64,000 nucleotides of DNA. Source: an uncultured Gammaproteobacteria bacterium. Lineage in GTDB: Bacteria; Patescibacteriota; Patescibacteriia; Magasanikbacterales; GWA2-37-8. The position numbers and the translations under genes were made by a program. Every line of letters starts with the position of its first letter. The first letter of the stretch is position 1. The stretch spans positions 806,509 to 870,508 of the forward strand of contig CAZQUL010000001.1 of the NCBI GenBank assembly GCA_964596525.1. Reading direction: 5' to 3'. Below, piece by piece: positions 8,575 to 17,403 of this stretch. The notes beneath the pieces are model-generated. The model saw nothing but the letters and a program-made list of their open reading frames with translations. It was not told the DNA's origin and did not search any database.

Positions 8575-9336
8575 ATGTTTACGCTTATGAAACCCTACTT
8601 TTTGGCTAACTGGAAAATGTACTTGTCGTACGATGAAAGCGTTGCTCTGGCCGAGCAGGTACGCCAAGATGTCTCTTCGAATGGTCCCGAGACTGTCGTT
8701 TTTCCGTCGGCGCTCGCTGGGTATCGCGTGGCGCGGATTATGGAAGGCAGTAGCGTTAAATGCGGAGCGCAGAATGTGGCCTGGGTAGAGAAAGGCGCGT
8801 ATACCGGCGAGGTTTCGCCGCACATGTACCGCGATGCCGGATTTACCCACGCGCTCGTCGGCCACTCGGAGCGCCGGCATGTTTTTCATGAAACCGAACA
8901 AGAGCTCCGTCAGAAGCTAGAAGCGGTGGTGGGTGTAGGCCTGACGCCGGTCGTATGCGTAGGTGAAACTGTGGCGGAGCGTGAAGCTGGACAGGCGCTT
9001 AGTGTTGTGGAGGCGCAGATCCGCCGCTTGGTTGAAGGCCTCACTCTTCCCAAAGATGCCCCTTTTATGGTAGCTTACGAACCGGTTTGGGCTATTGCGA
9101 GCGGCGCGCCCTGTTCGCCGTCGGATGCTCAAGCGGTGCAGACGATGCTTCGCAACGTGCTGTCCCAAACCGTAGGCGAGGCTTCTGTTGCCGTGCTTTA
9201 CGGCGGCAGCGTGGATGCGTCTAATGTGCGCTCGTATATCGACGAAGCCGGTTTTGACGGCGTACTGGTCGGTAGCGCCTCGGTGAAACGTGAAAGTTTT
9301 CAAGCGTTGTCTCAAGCTCTAGCACATCGCTCCTAG
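8575..9336 (+). CDS. tpiA: Triosephosphate isomerase
   Basis: ANWKM, GAYTGEVS, GHSERR, AYEPVWAI, YGGSV, DGVLVG. Confidence 0.96.
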   Translation: MFTLMKPYFLANWKMYLSYDESVALAEQVRQDVSSNGPETVVFPSALAGYRVARIMEGSSVKCGAQNVAWVEKGAYTGEVSPHMYRDAGFTHALVGHSERRHVFHETEQELRQKLEAVVGVGLTPVVCVGETVAEREAGQALSVVEAQIRRLVEGLTLPKDAPFMVAYEPVWAIASGAPCSPSDAQAVQTMLRNVLSQTVGEASVAVLYGGSVDASNVRSYIDEAGFDGVLVGSASVKRESFQALSQALAHRS

Positions 9337-9341
9337 TTTGT

Positions 9342-10259
9342 ATGAACGGATGGTGGTTTATTATCCCCGCAGTTTTTTCCGGCGCTTCCCTCATCGTGGT
9401 GGTGGTTGTTATCATTCGCAAATTTCCGCAAGCCGCCTTGCTTGACGTTAACCACTTACCCGAAGAATGGCAGGCGCAGCGCAAAAAAGAAATCCTGGCC
9501 CGCCGCATGGCCGAAGAGGGGAAAGAACAACTCGAAAAACTCAGCCGGCGCCTGTCGCCGCTTAAACGTTTGTGGGCCAAAACCCAGTTCTTTTTCCGTG
9601 TCTACGTAGGCCGTGTTAATCGTATGTGGGCCGAAGAGCGTTCACGTGAACTAGGCGATGGTCCGGTAGCGTTGCGTGCTTTGGAGCGCAAACGCAAAGT
9701 TGCCGAACTTGTCAAAGAAGCCTACGAACACATGCGCGTCGAAAAGTATGACTTGGCGGAAGGGCTTTTTATCGCTGCTATCAAAATTGATCCGCGTAAC
9801 GTGGAAGCATACCGCGGTTTGGGTGAAACGTACGTTGCTAAACAGTCGTTTGCCGAAGCTCGTGAAACATTCCGCTTTTTGCTTAAACTTACCCCAGACG
9901 ATGATGCGGTTATGGTACGCCTCGCCACCATTGCAGAAGAGCAAGGCGAACTCGACGAAGCGATTGGGTATTACCAGCAGGCTTTGGTGGTTAACGACAC
10001 CCAGGCGGCCCGCTTTTTCCACCTAGCCGAACTTCTTCTTCGGGTCAAGCAGCCGATCGTCGCTAAAGAAGCATTGTTATCCGCAGTTGAGCTCGAAGCC
10101 CGCAATCCTAAATATCTTGACTTGTTGACAGAGGCTGCTATACTATGCAAAGACAAAGAACTTTCTGAACGGGCGCTCAAGGAACTTCGCCTTGTAAACC
10201 CGGACAACCAGAAGCTCGATGTGTTTAAAAGTCGCATTGCGGATCTGGATCGTTCTTAA
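9342..10259 (+). CDS. Membrane-anchored TPR protein
   Basis: N-terminal TM helix; TPR motifs such as AIKIDPRNVEAYRGLGETY. Confidence 0.88.
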   Translation: MNGWWFIIPAVFSGASLIVVVVVIIRKFPQAALLDVNHLPEEWQAQRKKEILARRMAEEGKEQLEKLSRRLSPLKRLWAKTQFFFRVYVGRVNRMWAEERSRELGDGPVALRALERKRKVAELVKEAYEHMRVEKYDLAEGLFIAAIKIDPRNVEAYRGLGETYVAKQSFAEARETFRFLLKLTPDDDAVMVRLATIAEEQGELDEAIGYYQQALVVNDTQAARFFHLAELLLRVKQPIVAKEALLSAVELEARNPKYLDLLTEAAILCKDKELSERALKELRLVNPDNQKLDVFKSRIADLDRS

Positions 10260-10266
10260 ACGAAGC

Positions 10267-10348
10267 GGATGGGTACCGAAGCGGTCAAACGGGGCTGACT
10301 GTAAATCAGCTGGCTACGCCTTCCAAGGTTCGAATCCTTGCCCATCCA
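10267..10348 (+). tRNA. tRNA-Tyr(GTA), CCA not encoded
   Basis: GGATGGG/CCCATCC acceptor, GCTGA-CTGTAAA-TCAGC anticodon arm, long variable arm, TTCGAAT T-loop. Confidence 0.97.
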
Positions 10349-10392
10349 CAATCCCGCCTACGATGCCTGGTGGGAGAGCTCAGGGCTCAACT

Positions 10393-10465
10393 GCCGCCTT
10401 AGCTCAGTTGGTAGAGCAACAGTTTTGTAAACTGTGGGTCCTGGGTTCGAATCCCTGAGGCGGCT
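10393..10465 (+). tRNA. tRNA-Thr(TGT)
   Basis: GCCGCCT/AGGCGGC acceptor, ACAGT-TTTGTAA-ACTGT anticodon arm; one T-T mismatch in the T-stem. Confidence 0.95.
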
Positions 10466-10474
10466 CGAAAGCAT

Positions 10475-10547
10475 GCCGATGTAGCTCAGTTGGTAGAGCG
10501 CATCCATGGTAAGGATGAGGTCACCAGTTCAATCCTGGTCATCGGCT
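10475..10547 (+). tRNA. tRNA-Thr(GGT)
   Basis: GCCGATG/CATCGGC acceptor, CATCC-ATGGTAA-GGATG anticodon arm. Confidence 0.96.
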
Positions 10548-10600
10548 CAGAAAACGCTGCAGAGAATGCGGTGTTTTTGTTTATGTGGAAAAAATGAGCA

Positions 10601-11374
10601 CTACCAGCCCATGAGGCTTAAATACGCATCAATAATTGCCCCTCCCCCGATCCATGCGATAAATGTCCCCAGGCACAAAAAAGTGCCAAATGGAACGGGT
10701 GTATTATTCGCGGCGCCTTGCCGCAGTTTAAGATATATGCCGTAGATGGCGCCGAGCACGTATGCCAACCACAGGGCAAGAACTATCCGCGGCGAACCTA
10801 GCCATGCACCGAGCATGAGGCCAAGATATATATCCCCACTCCCGATCCAACGGCCACGGGAGAGGAGATATTGGAGAAGGAAAAAACTGGCCGCGCCTCC
10901 TGCACCAATAAGTATCGAAAGGGGTGAAGAGTCAAGTATGAAAGCCTGTAGTAGTGCCAGTGTACCACCGCCCGCAACCAGAATAAGAGGGATGAGATGG
11001 TAAAGCGCATCGTAGAGCGCGATAGCTACCAAAAGAAGTGCAAAGATGAATCCGACGAAAAGCGCGACTGGCGAATACTGTTCGGCAAGTCCAAACCACA
11101 TGCTCAATCCGCCCGCTGCGGCACCGAGCGCTTCCGTTACAGGATACCAGTAGGGGATGGCTGTGCTACACGTACGACAGCGGCCGTGTTGAACAATAAA
11201 ACTAACGAGTGGAATAAGTTCGAACCACCGCAGGGTAGTGTGGCACGACGGACAGGCGCTCCGGGTGCGACCGGCGAGTTCGTGGTGCTCTGAGCGCCAG
11301 AGCCAGACGTTGAGCGCGCTGCCGATGCAGAGTCCAAGTATCGTGGCGAGGGCGATTAAAAAAAATGAGACCAT
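10601..11374 (-). CDS. pilD: Type IV prepilin peptidase (A24)
   Basis: GSALNV, RSACPSC, LIPLVSF, GRCRTC, GSGDIYL, VPFGTFL. Confidence 0.93.
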   Translation of the reverse strand: MVSFFLIALATILGLCIGSALNVWLWRSEHHELAGRTRSACPSCHTTLRWFELIPLVSFIVQHGRCRTCSTAIPYWYPVTEALGAAAGGLSMWFGLAEQYSPVALFVGFIFALLLVAIALYDALYHLIPLILVAGGGTLALLQAFILDSSPLSILIGAGGAASFFLLQYLLSRGRWIGSGDIYLGLMLGAWLGSPRIVLALWLAYVLGAIYGIYLKLRQGAANNTPVPFGTFLCLGTFIAWIGGGAIIDAYLSLMGW

Positions 11375-11447
11375 AAGAAATTATTTTATAGTACCACATT
11401 TCATCCGGAAATTTTAAAAGCGATCCTGGGCGGACCGCTCTGCGGTT

Positions 11448-11813
11448 TTACTCTTCTTCGTTTTCTTCCGGCGTATTTTGCGGAGAAATCTCTTTGCGTC
11501 GTACATCGAACGCTTTTTTGATGAAGAAGACGCTGAGCCAGAAGGTAATGATGGTCGTAATTGTTTCCTCGCGCGGATTGATGACGAAGGGTGTGGCCAG
11601 GATAATCCACGTATGGAAGAAAGCAACGATAAGCCCGAGTGAACCGGCAACGAATATCTCGCGTTCCTTGGCGTAGATAGTATATCCGCGCCAGATAAAC
11701 GAACGGTTAGGGTTGTCGTCGAGCCACCAGGTCTTTGCCAGCTTGATTATACTCATGATCCACGCGAAAAGAAGGATGGGGCGAATAACCAGATTAACCA
11801 GTTCGTTTCTCAC
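11448..11813 (-). CDS. Small three-TM membrane protein (orphan)
   Basis: GTG start after GAAAGGAG SD; hydrophobic segments and acidic tail. Confidence 0.65.
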   Translation of the reverse strand: MRNELVNLVIRPILLFAWIMSIIKLAKTWWLDDNPNRSFIWRGYTIYAKEREIFVAGSLGLIVAFFHTWIILATPFVINPREETITTIITFWLSVFFIKKAFDVRRKEISPQNTPEENEEE

Positions 11814-11855
11814 GTTCGCTCCTTTCTGTGGTTTTCATCGTTCGGGTTGGTGCCG

Positions 11856-11909
11856 AAAAGCTGACCAGGGACCCATCCGATATCTTCAGATGGGCTGTCG
11901 TCGGCTTTT
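11856..11909 (-). terminator. Long imperfect hairpin after era (terminator-like)
   Basis: AAAAGCCGAC..CCCATC..GATGGG..GTCAGCTTTT nested stems. Confidence 0.55.
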
Positions 11910-11914
11910 ACGCT

Positions 11915-12784
11915 TTAGATGCGTTCAATCCAGTGCTTGTCTACTTCTACTTCTAGTTCCAAATAGATTTTTTTGTTGAGCGCGGCTTCGAGCTCTTTGC
12001 GGGCAGCGATGCCGATTTCTTTGATCGCCCGGCCGCCGGCGCCAATGATCATTTTCTTATACCGCTTATCGTACGTGTAGACGATGGCTTTGATGATGAA
12101 CATTTCCGGTTTTTCTTCTACGCTCTCTACTTCAACGTGTGTGGTATAGGGAACTTCTTTGCGCAAGGCCAAGAAGATTTTTTCGCGGACGATTTCGGCG
12201 ATCCACGATTCTTTTTCGATGTTGGTAAGCTGACCGGGTGGGTAGAGCGGAACACCCTCGGGCGCGAGTTCAAAAAGTTTGGCGATGAGTGGTTGGATGT
12301 GGCGGTTTTCGAGCGCGGAGAGTTCAAATGTAGCGGTAAAGTCGGAGGCGAGAGCGCGGTAGTCCTCAAGGAAGGGTTTTTCTTCGGTTGGAAGATCGGT
12401 TTTATTGATCACCATGATTTTGGGGATGGTGAGCGGGCGCAGGAGCGAAAGCACGTAGCGTTCTTCGGCGCCAATGGATTTGCCTGGGTCACAGACATAA
12501 ACCGCGATTTCAATGTCTTGCATGGCCTCGTGGACGCGTTTCATAAGATCGCCCGAGAGGATTGAGTGGTGCTCTTTAAAAATACCGGGAGTATCGACAA
12601 TGACGAGTTGGCCTTCGGTGTTGTTGATGACGCCGTGGATGATTGAGCGGGTGGTCTGCGGTTTGTCGGTGACGGCGGCGAGTTTAGTGCCAACGAGCGT
12701 ATTTAGGAGTGTGGATTTGCCCACGTTCGAGCGGCCGACGAGGGTAACGACGGCGGATTTAAGGGAGGTGGTCGAGGTAGTCAT
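11915..12784 (-). CDS. era: GTPase Era
   Basis: GRSNVGKST, KPQTTR, DTPG, NKTD, KH domain IIGAGGRAIKEIG. Confidence 0.97.
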   Translation of the reverse strand: MTTSTTSLKSAVVTLVGRSNVGKSTLLNTLVGTKLAAVTDKPQTTRSIIHGVINNTEGQLVIVDTPGIFKEHHSILSGDLMKRVHEAMQDIEIAVYVCDPGKSIGAEERYVLSLLRPLTIPKIMVINKTDLPTEEKPFLEDYRALASDFTATFELSALENRHIQPLIAKLFELAPEGVPLYPPGQLTNIEKESWIAEIVREKIFLALRKEVPYTTHVEVESVEEKPEMFIIKAIVYTYDKRYKKMIIGAGGRAIKEIGIAARKELEAALNKKIYLELEVEVDKHWIERI

Positions 12785-12896
12785 AGAAGAAAAAAGTAAA
12801 GGTACCCTACCTGAGATAGGGCTAAAAGACAAGAGATAGGGCTAAAATTCAAAGGCCGCACGATGTGTGCGGCGCGTTTCCTCCTTGGTGAATGTG

Positions 12897-13265
12897 CTAG
12901 GCGGCCTTGTCGAAGAGCGAGAGGCCGGTCCCGAAAGCGTCGCATAGAATTTTCTCCCACGGACCGAACATATAGAGGCGCAGCTCGGTTCCATCCTGGA
13001 AGATTACCTCCAACTCCTCGTATGTTACCCGCATTTCAAAGTGGGGAATGGTTTTGGTGGCGGAGTAGGCTCTGTTGCTGATCGTCATATCGACGATGAG
13101 CTTGCCCCACTTCCACTCGAACCGCTCACCCTTCTCACGTTCGGTTTCTATCTGTGTCCGTTCTCCCTGCTGCCGGGCCAGATGGCCGGCCGCGGCAAGG
13201 ACTGTCGTGATACGGTGGCGCCTGGTCAGTTGCATGCCGTCGAATGCTTCGGTGTAAGCCGACAT
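12897..13265 (-). CDS. Hypothetical protein (orphan)
   Basis: ATG 13265 after AGGGGGA SD, own consensus promoter. Confidence 0.65.
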   Translation of the reverse strand: MSAYTEAFDGMQLTRRHRITTVLAAAGHLARQQGERTQIETEREKGERFEWKWGKLIVDMTISNRAYSATKTIPHFEMRVTYEELEVIFQDGTELRLYMFGPWEKILCDAFGTGLSLFDKAA

Positions 13266-13305
13266 AGTTCCCCCTGTTTTTTTGAATGTGACAGTGCGAC
13301 AGACC

Positions 13306-13334
13306 AGTCTAGCACAGTTTATCACTATTGTCAA
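13306..13334 (-). promoter_or_regulatory. Sigma70-type promoter
   Basis: TTGACA-N17-TAGACT with TGn extension. Confidence 0.7.
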
Positions 13335-13532
13335 GATAACTACGGGAATATTAAGGTATATATGAATTTTAGTTTAAGAAAGGCTTATTTAAGCGATTAA
13401 TTATAATAGTAATAGGTTTTCTTGGAGTAATTTTTTGCTTTTGCGACTAAAAAAGACCTCATGTTTCCACCTGTCCTTCCGTTGCGTTTTGGTATATGAT
13501 ACGGGCGAGTTTAATTTAAAATCTACTTCCGT

Positions 13533-14087
13533 ATGGAAAGAGCTTATGAGAAAGCAAGAGTTGCGGATGTGGCAGCCGAAAGACATCGGGATGAGTGGGG
13601 AAAAAGGCGTGAAGAATTGGTTCGCGCTGCGAAATTTGCTTGTGAAAACGCTGCTTTTTCCTATCGAAATTTTCATGTAGGAGCAGCGGTTCTAGGGTGG
13701 TCTGCAGCTCGTGGAACCTACGATATTGGTGTGGCGGGTAATCTCAAGGAACGCGAAAAAAGTGAGGTTGGCGACGATAAGCGCTGTGCCGAGCGTGGAG
13801 CGATTGACCATATGCTAGCCAAAGCGCCGGATGCTAAAATAGTCGGTATCGTTGTAGTTTCAAAGGAAGTCGGAACCACTCCTGGTTCAGATTTACACAC
13901 CAAGACTCTCCATTGCTGTGAGCAGTGCCGTAGTATGCTGGAGGAGAAAAAGTGTGTTAACAAGCAGGCTCCGATCCTAACGGTAAATCATCGTGGTGAC
14001 GAAGATATGACTGAAGAAATGACGGTTCAGGATATGTTGGATTTATACGACAAAGATAAGCATACCTATAAATCATTGGCGGCATAA
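13533..14087 (+). CDS. Cytidine deaminase-like zinc deaminase
   Basis: SYRNFHVGAA, CAE motif (KRCAER), CxxC in LHCCEQCR. Confidence 0.8.
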   Translation: MERAYEKARVADVAAERHRDEWGKRREELVRAAKFACENAAFSYRNFHVGAAVLGWSAARGTYDIGVAGNLKEREKSEVGDDKRCAERGAIDHMLAKAPDAKIVGIVVVSKEVGTTPGSDLHTKTLHCCEQCRSMLEEKKCVNKQAPILTVNHRGDEDMTEEMTVQDMLDLYDKDKHTYKSLAA

Positions 14088-14099
14088 TTTTCTATTTCT

Positions 14100-15731
14100 A
14101 TGAAAACTAAATTTATTTTCGTGGTCGGTGGTGTGCTTTCGGGCGTGGGTAAAGGCGTGGCTTCGGCGTCTATCGGGCGCATTCTCAAGAACCGCGGACT
14201 CGAAGTTTCGGCGATCAAGATTGATCCCTACATCAACGTCGATGCCGGCACCATGAACCCGACCGAGCATGGAGAAGTATTTGTCACCGAAGATGCCGAT
14301 GAGGCTGATCAGGACTTGGGCAATTATGAGCGCTTTTTGGATACGAATATCACCTCGGTTAACTACATGACGACTGGCCGCGTGTATCTCTCGGTCATCG
14401 AAGCCGAGCGTAAGATGGCGTATAAGGGAAAGTGTGTCGAAGTGGTACCGCACATTCCTATGGAAGTAGTGGATCGCATCCACAAAGCTGCCAAGTTTAG
14501 CAAAGCCGATGTGATGGTGATTGAAATCGGCGGCACGGTAGGGGAATACCAAAACATCCTTTTCCTCGAAGCGGCGCGCATGATGAAGCTCAAAAACCCC
14601 GACGACGTGCTCTTTGTGCTCGTGAGCTACATGCCCATCCCCGGCCATTTAGGCGAGATGAAAACTAAGCCCACACAAGTTGCAGCCCGCACGCTTAATG
14701 CGAGCGGTATCCAGCCCGACATTATTTTGGCCCGCGGTAAAACCGAACTCGACAAACCGCGCCGCGAAAAACTCGCGCTTTTCTGCGGTTTGCGCTCCGA
14801 AGACGAGGTCATTTCCGCGCCAGATGTGGAAAGCATTTACCTTGTGCCCGAAGTGCTTGAACGCCAGAATTTGAGCAAACTCATTGCTAAAAAACTCAAG
14901 CTTCGTCTCAAGGGCGACAAAAGCGCCGAGTGGAACCAGTTTGTTGGCAAGATGCAGCGGGCGACTAAGCCGCTCAAGATCGCGGTGGTGGGCAAGTATT
15001 TCGGTACTGGTAATTTCACGCTTGCGGATTCGTATATCTCGGTTATCGAAGCTATTAAGCATGCTGCGTGGAGCCAGGGGGCAAAACCGGAATTGGCGTG
15101 GATTGATGCTGAGGATTTCGAAAGCGGCAAGCGCAGTGTTGCCGATCTTAAAGATTTCGCGGCCATTGTAGTGCCGGGAGGATTCGGATCGCGCGGTATT
15201 GAAGGAATCATCAAGGCCATCCGTTTCGCGCGCGAAGAAAAGATTCCGTATCTCGGCTTGTGTTATGGTATGCAGCTTGCTTGTATCGAATTCGTGCGCG
15301 ACGTGCTCGGAAAGAAAACCGCGCATACCGTGGAGGTAGACGCCGACACGGCCGATCCGGTAGTGCATATCAATCCGTTCCAAAAAGATAACGTGCGCCA
15401 CAAGCGTTATGGCGGTACGATGCGCCTGGGTGCGTACCGCTGTACGATTGAAAAGGGGAGTAAGGCGGCCAAGGCATATGGGGAACTTGAAATTTCCGAA
15501 CGCCATCGCCATCGCTACGAATTCAACAACGACTATCGCAGCGCCGTAGAAGAAAAGGGATTGCGCTGCGTGGGCATTAATCCAGAAAGCAATCTCGTGG
15601 AAATCGTCGAGCTTGCGGATCATCCGTATTTCGTCGGTGTGCAGTTTCACCCTGAGTTTAAATCCCGTCCGCTTCATCCGCACCCGTTGTTTGTCGGCCT
15701 TGTTAAAGCCGGAATGAAAGGTAAGGAATAG
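14100..15731 (+). CDS. pyrG: CTP synthase
   Basis: GGVLSGVGKG, KIDPYINVDAGTM, GLCYGMQ, ERHRHRYE, QFHPEF. Confidence 0.98.
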   Translation: MKTKFIFVVGGVLSGVGKGVASASIGRILKNRGLEVSAIKIDPYINVDAGTMNPTEHGEVFVTEDADEADQDLGNYERFLDTNITSVNYMTTGRVYLSVIEAERKMAYKGKCVEVVPHIPMEVVDRIHKAAKFSKADVMVIEIGGTVGEYQNILFLEAARMMKLKNPDDVLFVLVSYMPIPGHLGEMKTKPTQVAARTLNASGIQPDIILARGKTELDKPRREKLALFCGLRSEDEVISAPDVESIYLVPEVLERQNLSKLIAKKLKLRLKGDKSAEWNQFVGKMQRATKPLKIAVVGKYFGTGNFTLADSYISVIEAIKHAAWSQGAKPELAWIDAEDFESGKRSVADLKDFAAIVVPGGFGSRGIEGIIKAIRFAREEKIPYLGLCYGMQLACIEFVRDVLGKKTAHTVEVDADTADPVVHINPFQKDNVRHKRYGGTMRLGAYRCTIEKGSKAAKAYGELEISERHRHRYEFNNDYRSAVEEKGLRCVGINPESNLVEIVELADHPYFVGVQFHPEFKSRPLHPHPLFVGLVKAGMKGKE

Positions 15732-15787
15732 GAATTGGGAGTTGGTGATTTCTGATGAGACCTTAGTAAGTAAACCTTGCTTTTAGC

Positions 15788-15882
15788 TGTCATTGCGAGC
15801 GCAGCGAAGCAATCCCCTTGATAACAGAGTGAGCTCTGAATTACCTGGGGATTGCTTCGTCGGTATGCTCCTCGCAGTGACA
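15788..15882. repeat. Short palindromic mobile-like element (RPE/REP-like)
   Basis: TGTCATTGCGAG-CGCAGCGAAGCAATCCCC...GGGGATTGCTTCGTCG...CTCGCAGTGACA nested inverted repeats. Confidence 0.85.
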
Positions 15883-15974
15883 TGTTTAGTCTTAACCTAA
15901 AAAGCGGAATACAGTATCTAAGTGTAGTATCGACACTTTTTTGATTAATCCGCACTTCGAGATAAAAGGGTGGC

Positions 15975-16003
15975 TTGACACAAAATGAAAAGTCTGGTAT
16001 AAA
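15975..16003 (+). promoter_or_regulatory. Sigma70-type promoter of the GC-rich island
   Basis: TTGACA-N17-TATAAA with TGn extension. Confidence 0.7.
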
Positions 16004-16055
16004 AATAAGTCTTTCAGTGTCTGAGCGTTCGTTACAAGGAATGAAGAGAGGTTCA

Positions 16056-16166
16056 TGAACATGGGTCCCACGCTGTTTTTTTGAAGTTTGAGCTTCAAAT
16101 AAGCGGTGTGGGAAGAGGATGGTAGCTTCAATAACAGTTGATGCGCCGCTTTTAACCCATTGTTCA
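16056..16166 (+). ncRNA. Candidate structured 5' leader (three-way junction)
   Basis: TGAACATGGGT/ACCCATTGTTCA closing stem enclosing CCCAC..TTTGAAG/CTTCAAA..GTGGG and a second stem-loop. Confidence 0.5.
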
Positions 16167-16208
16167 CACGACCCCAGTACTGACCCGACCGAGAACAAGG
16201 AGTGTACC

Positions 16209-17111
16209 ATGACCAAGCCCTCGAAGACCCCCGTGAAGCCCGGTAAGACCTCGACCAAGTCCCCGGCTGGCAAGGCCCCCGTGGCCAAGCCCGCCGCCAA
16301 GCCGAGCAAGAAGCCTGCGAAGCCGGTCACCGATGACGATGGCGAAGAGACCGTCTCCAAGGGTACCCTGACCACCGTGCTCAGCGGCATCGCGAACCTG
16401 CTCAAGAAGAAGCCGCAGGACATGGAGCCGGTCGAGCTGCTCGAGGCCTTCTGCGACAAGGCGACCCGCACCCGTGGCCTCGTCGACTGCGCCCGCGCCA
16501 TCTTCGGCGACTCCCCCTGCATCGTCATCAACCGCAACGGCCTGCCCAACAAGAGCAAGACGCTCGCGCGCTACAACGAGGAGAGCAAGCGGCGCGTGTA
16601 CGGCGGGCTCGAGGTCGTCTCGATCGAAGTCGCCCTCGGCAAGATCACCACCCGTAGTCCCTACGACTACCGGATGGAGCTCGACAACGAGGGCATCGAC
16701 GAGGACGGCATCGCCATGCCGGAGAGTTCCGAGGTGCGCGTGTTCATCCGGTTCATGGTCAACCAGCGGATGATGGGCCTCTCCGACGGACAGGTCGACC
16801 CCCAGCGCCGTGACGCCGTGAACCAGGCGGTCGAGAACTACCCCGAGGTGCCCCGCTCCTACGAGCAGGCCAAGATCCTGTTCGAGGGTGCCCGCGATCG
16901 CAACACGCCCGAGTACCGCAAGGCGGTCGAGGATCTCACGGCCGTCACCACGCAGTTCAGCGGCAGCTCGCAGTCCGGCCACGGCCACAACACCGGCTAC
17001 GGCTTCTCGAACACGGGCTACGGCCAGAACGGTGGCTACGCCGGCGACCGCCCGCTCGGCCAGTACAGCGACGGCCCGCGCAGCCCGCGCCGCGACTTCG
17101 GTCGCGACTAG
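16209..17111 (+). CDS. GC-rich hypothetical protein with K/P/A-rich N-tail and G/S/Y/N/R-rich C-tail
   Basis: ATG 16209 after AAGGAG SD; almost all codons end in G/C. Confidence 0.85.
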   Translation: MTKPSKTPVKPGKTSTKSPAGKAPVAKPAAKPSKKPAKPVTDDDGEETVSKGTLTTVLSGIANLLKKKPQDMEPVELLEAFCDKATRTRGLVDCARAIFGDSPCIVINRNGLPNKSKTLARYNEESKRRVYGGLEVVSIEVALGKITTRSPYDYRMELDNEGIDEDGIAMPESSEVRVFIRFMVNQRMMGLSDGQVDPQRRDAVNQAVENYPEVPRSYEQAKILFEGARDRNTPEYRKAVEDLTAVTTQFSGSSQSGHGHNTGYGFSNTGYGQNGGYAGDRPLGQYSDGPRSPRRDFGRD

Positions 17112-17403
17112 AGGCTTCCGGCCTCGCGCGTCGGCGCCGTAACCTTGAGTAGGCGCTAGAGCCGTCCTGTCCAAGGTTTCTCCCTCGTACCTTCCCTCCC
17201 TTCATTCCTCCTGCAGAGATCGTCGCTCCGGTTCCCGGTTGCGGCGGCTCTCTGCCTTTCCCCCAAGAGCTTATGAAGCTCATGAGCACTTGGGTAGAAA
17301 GTTCAATCGTTTTTCTACTACATTGTTCGTTGCCAATCAGTGCTTTTCGCGAAGCTTTTTTTGTTTACGCCGCTTCCACCAACCTGAACGAAAGGAGACG
17401 TCG

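Noticed and set aside
10441-10457. T-stem mismatch in tRNA-Thr(TGT) as a sign of a pseudogene
   Set aside because: A single mismatch with all other arms intact; likely functional.
15752-15775. CTGATGAGAC hammerhead-like core (also CTGATGA near 54577)
   Set aside because: No matching stem II closure with GAAA and no convincing stems I/III.
15674-16558. 294-aa minus-strand ORF spanning the pyrG end, the palindrome and island gene 1
   Set aside because: It crosses a promoter and a repeat. The MSLRGAYRRSNP...DCFAALAMT part is just the translated palindromic element.
16164-17174. 336-aa antisense ORF (likewise 38000-39199, 52169-53350, 14649-15683, 58596-59519)
   Set aside because: Shadow ORFs opposite well-supported genes; codon bias removes antisense stops, and they have no motifs or start signals.
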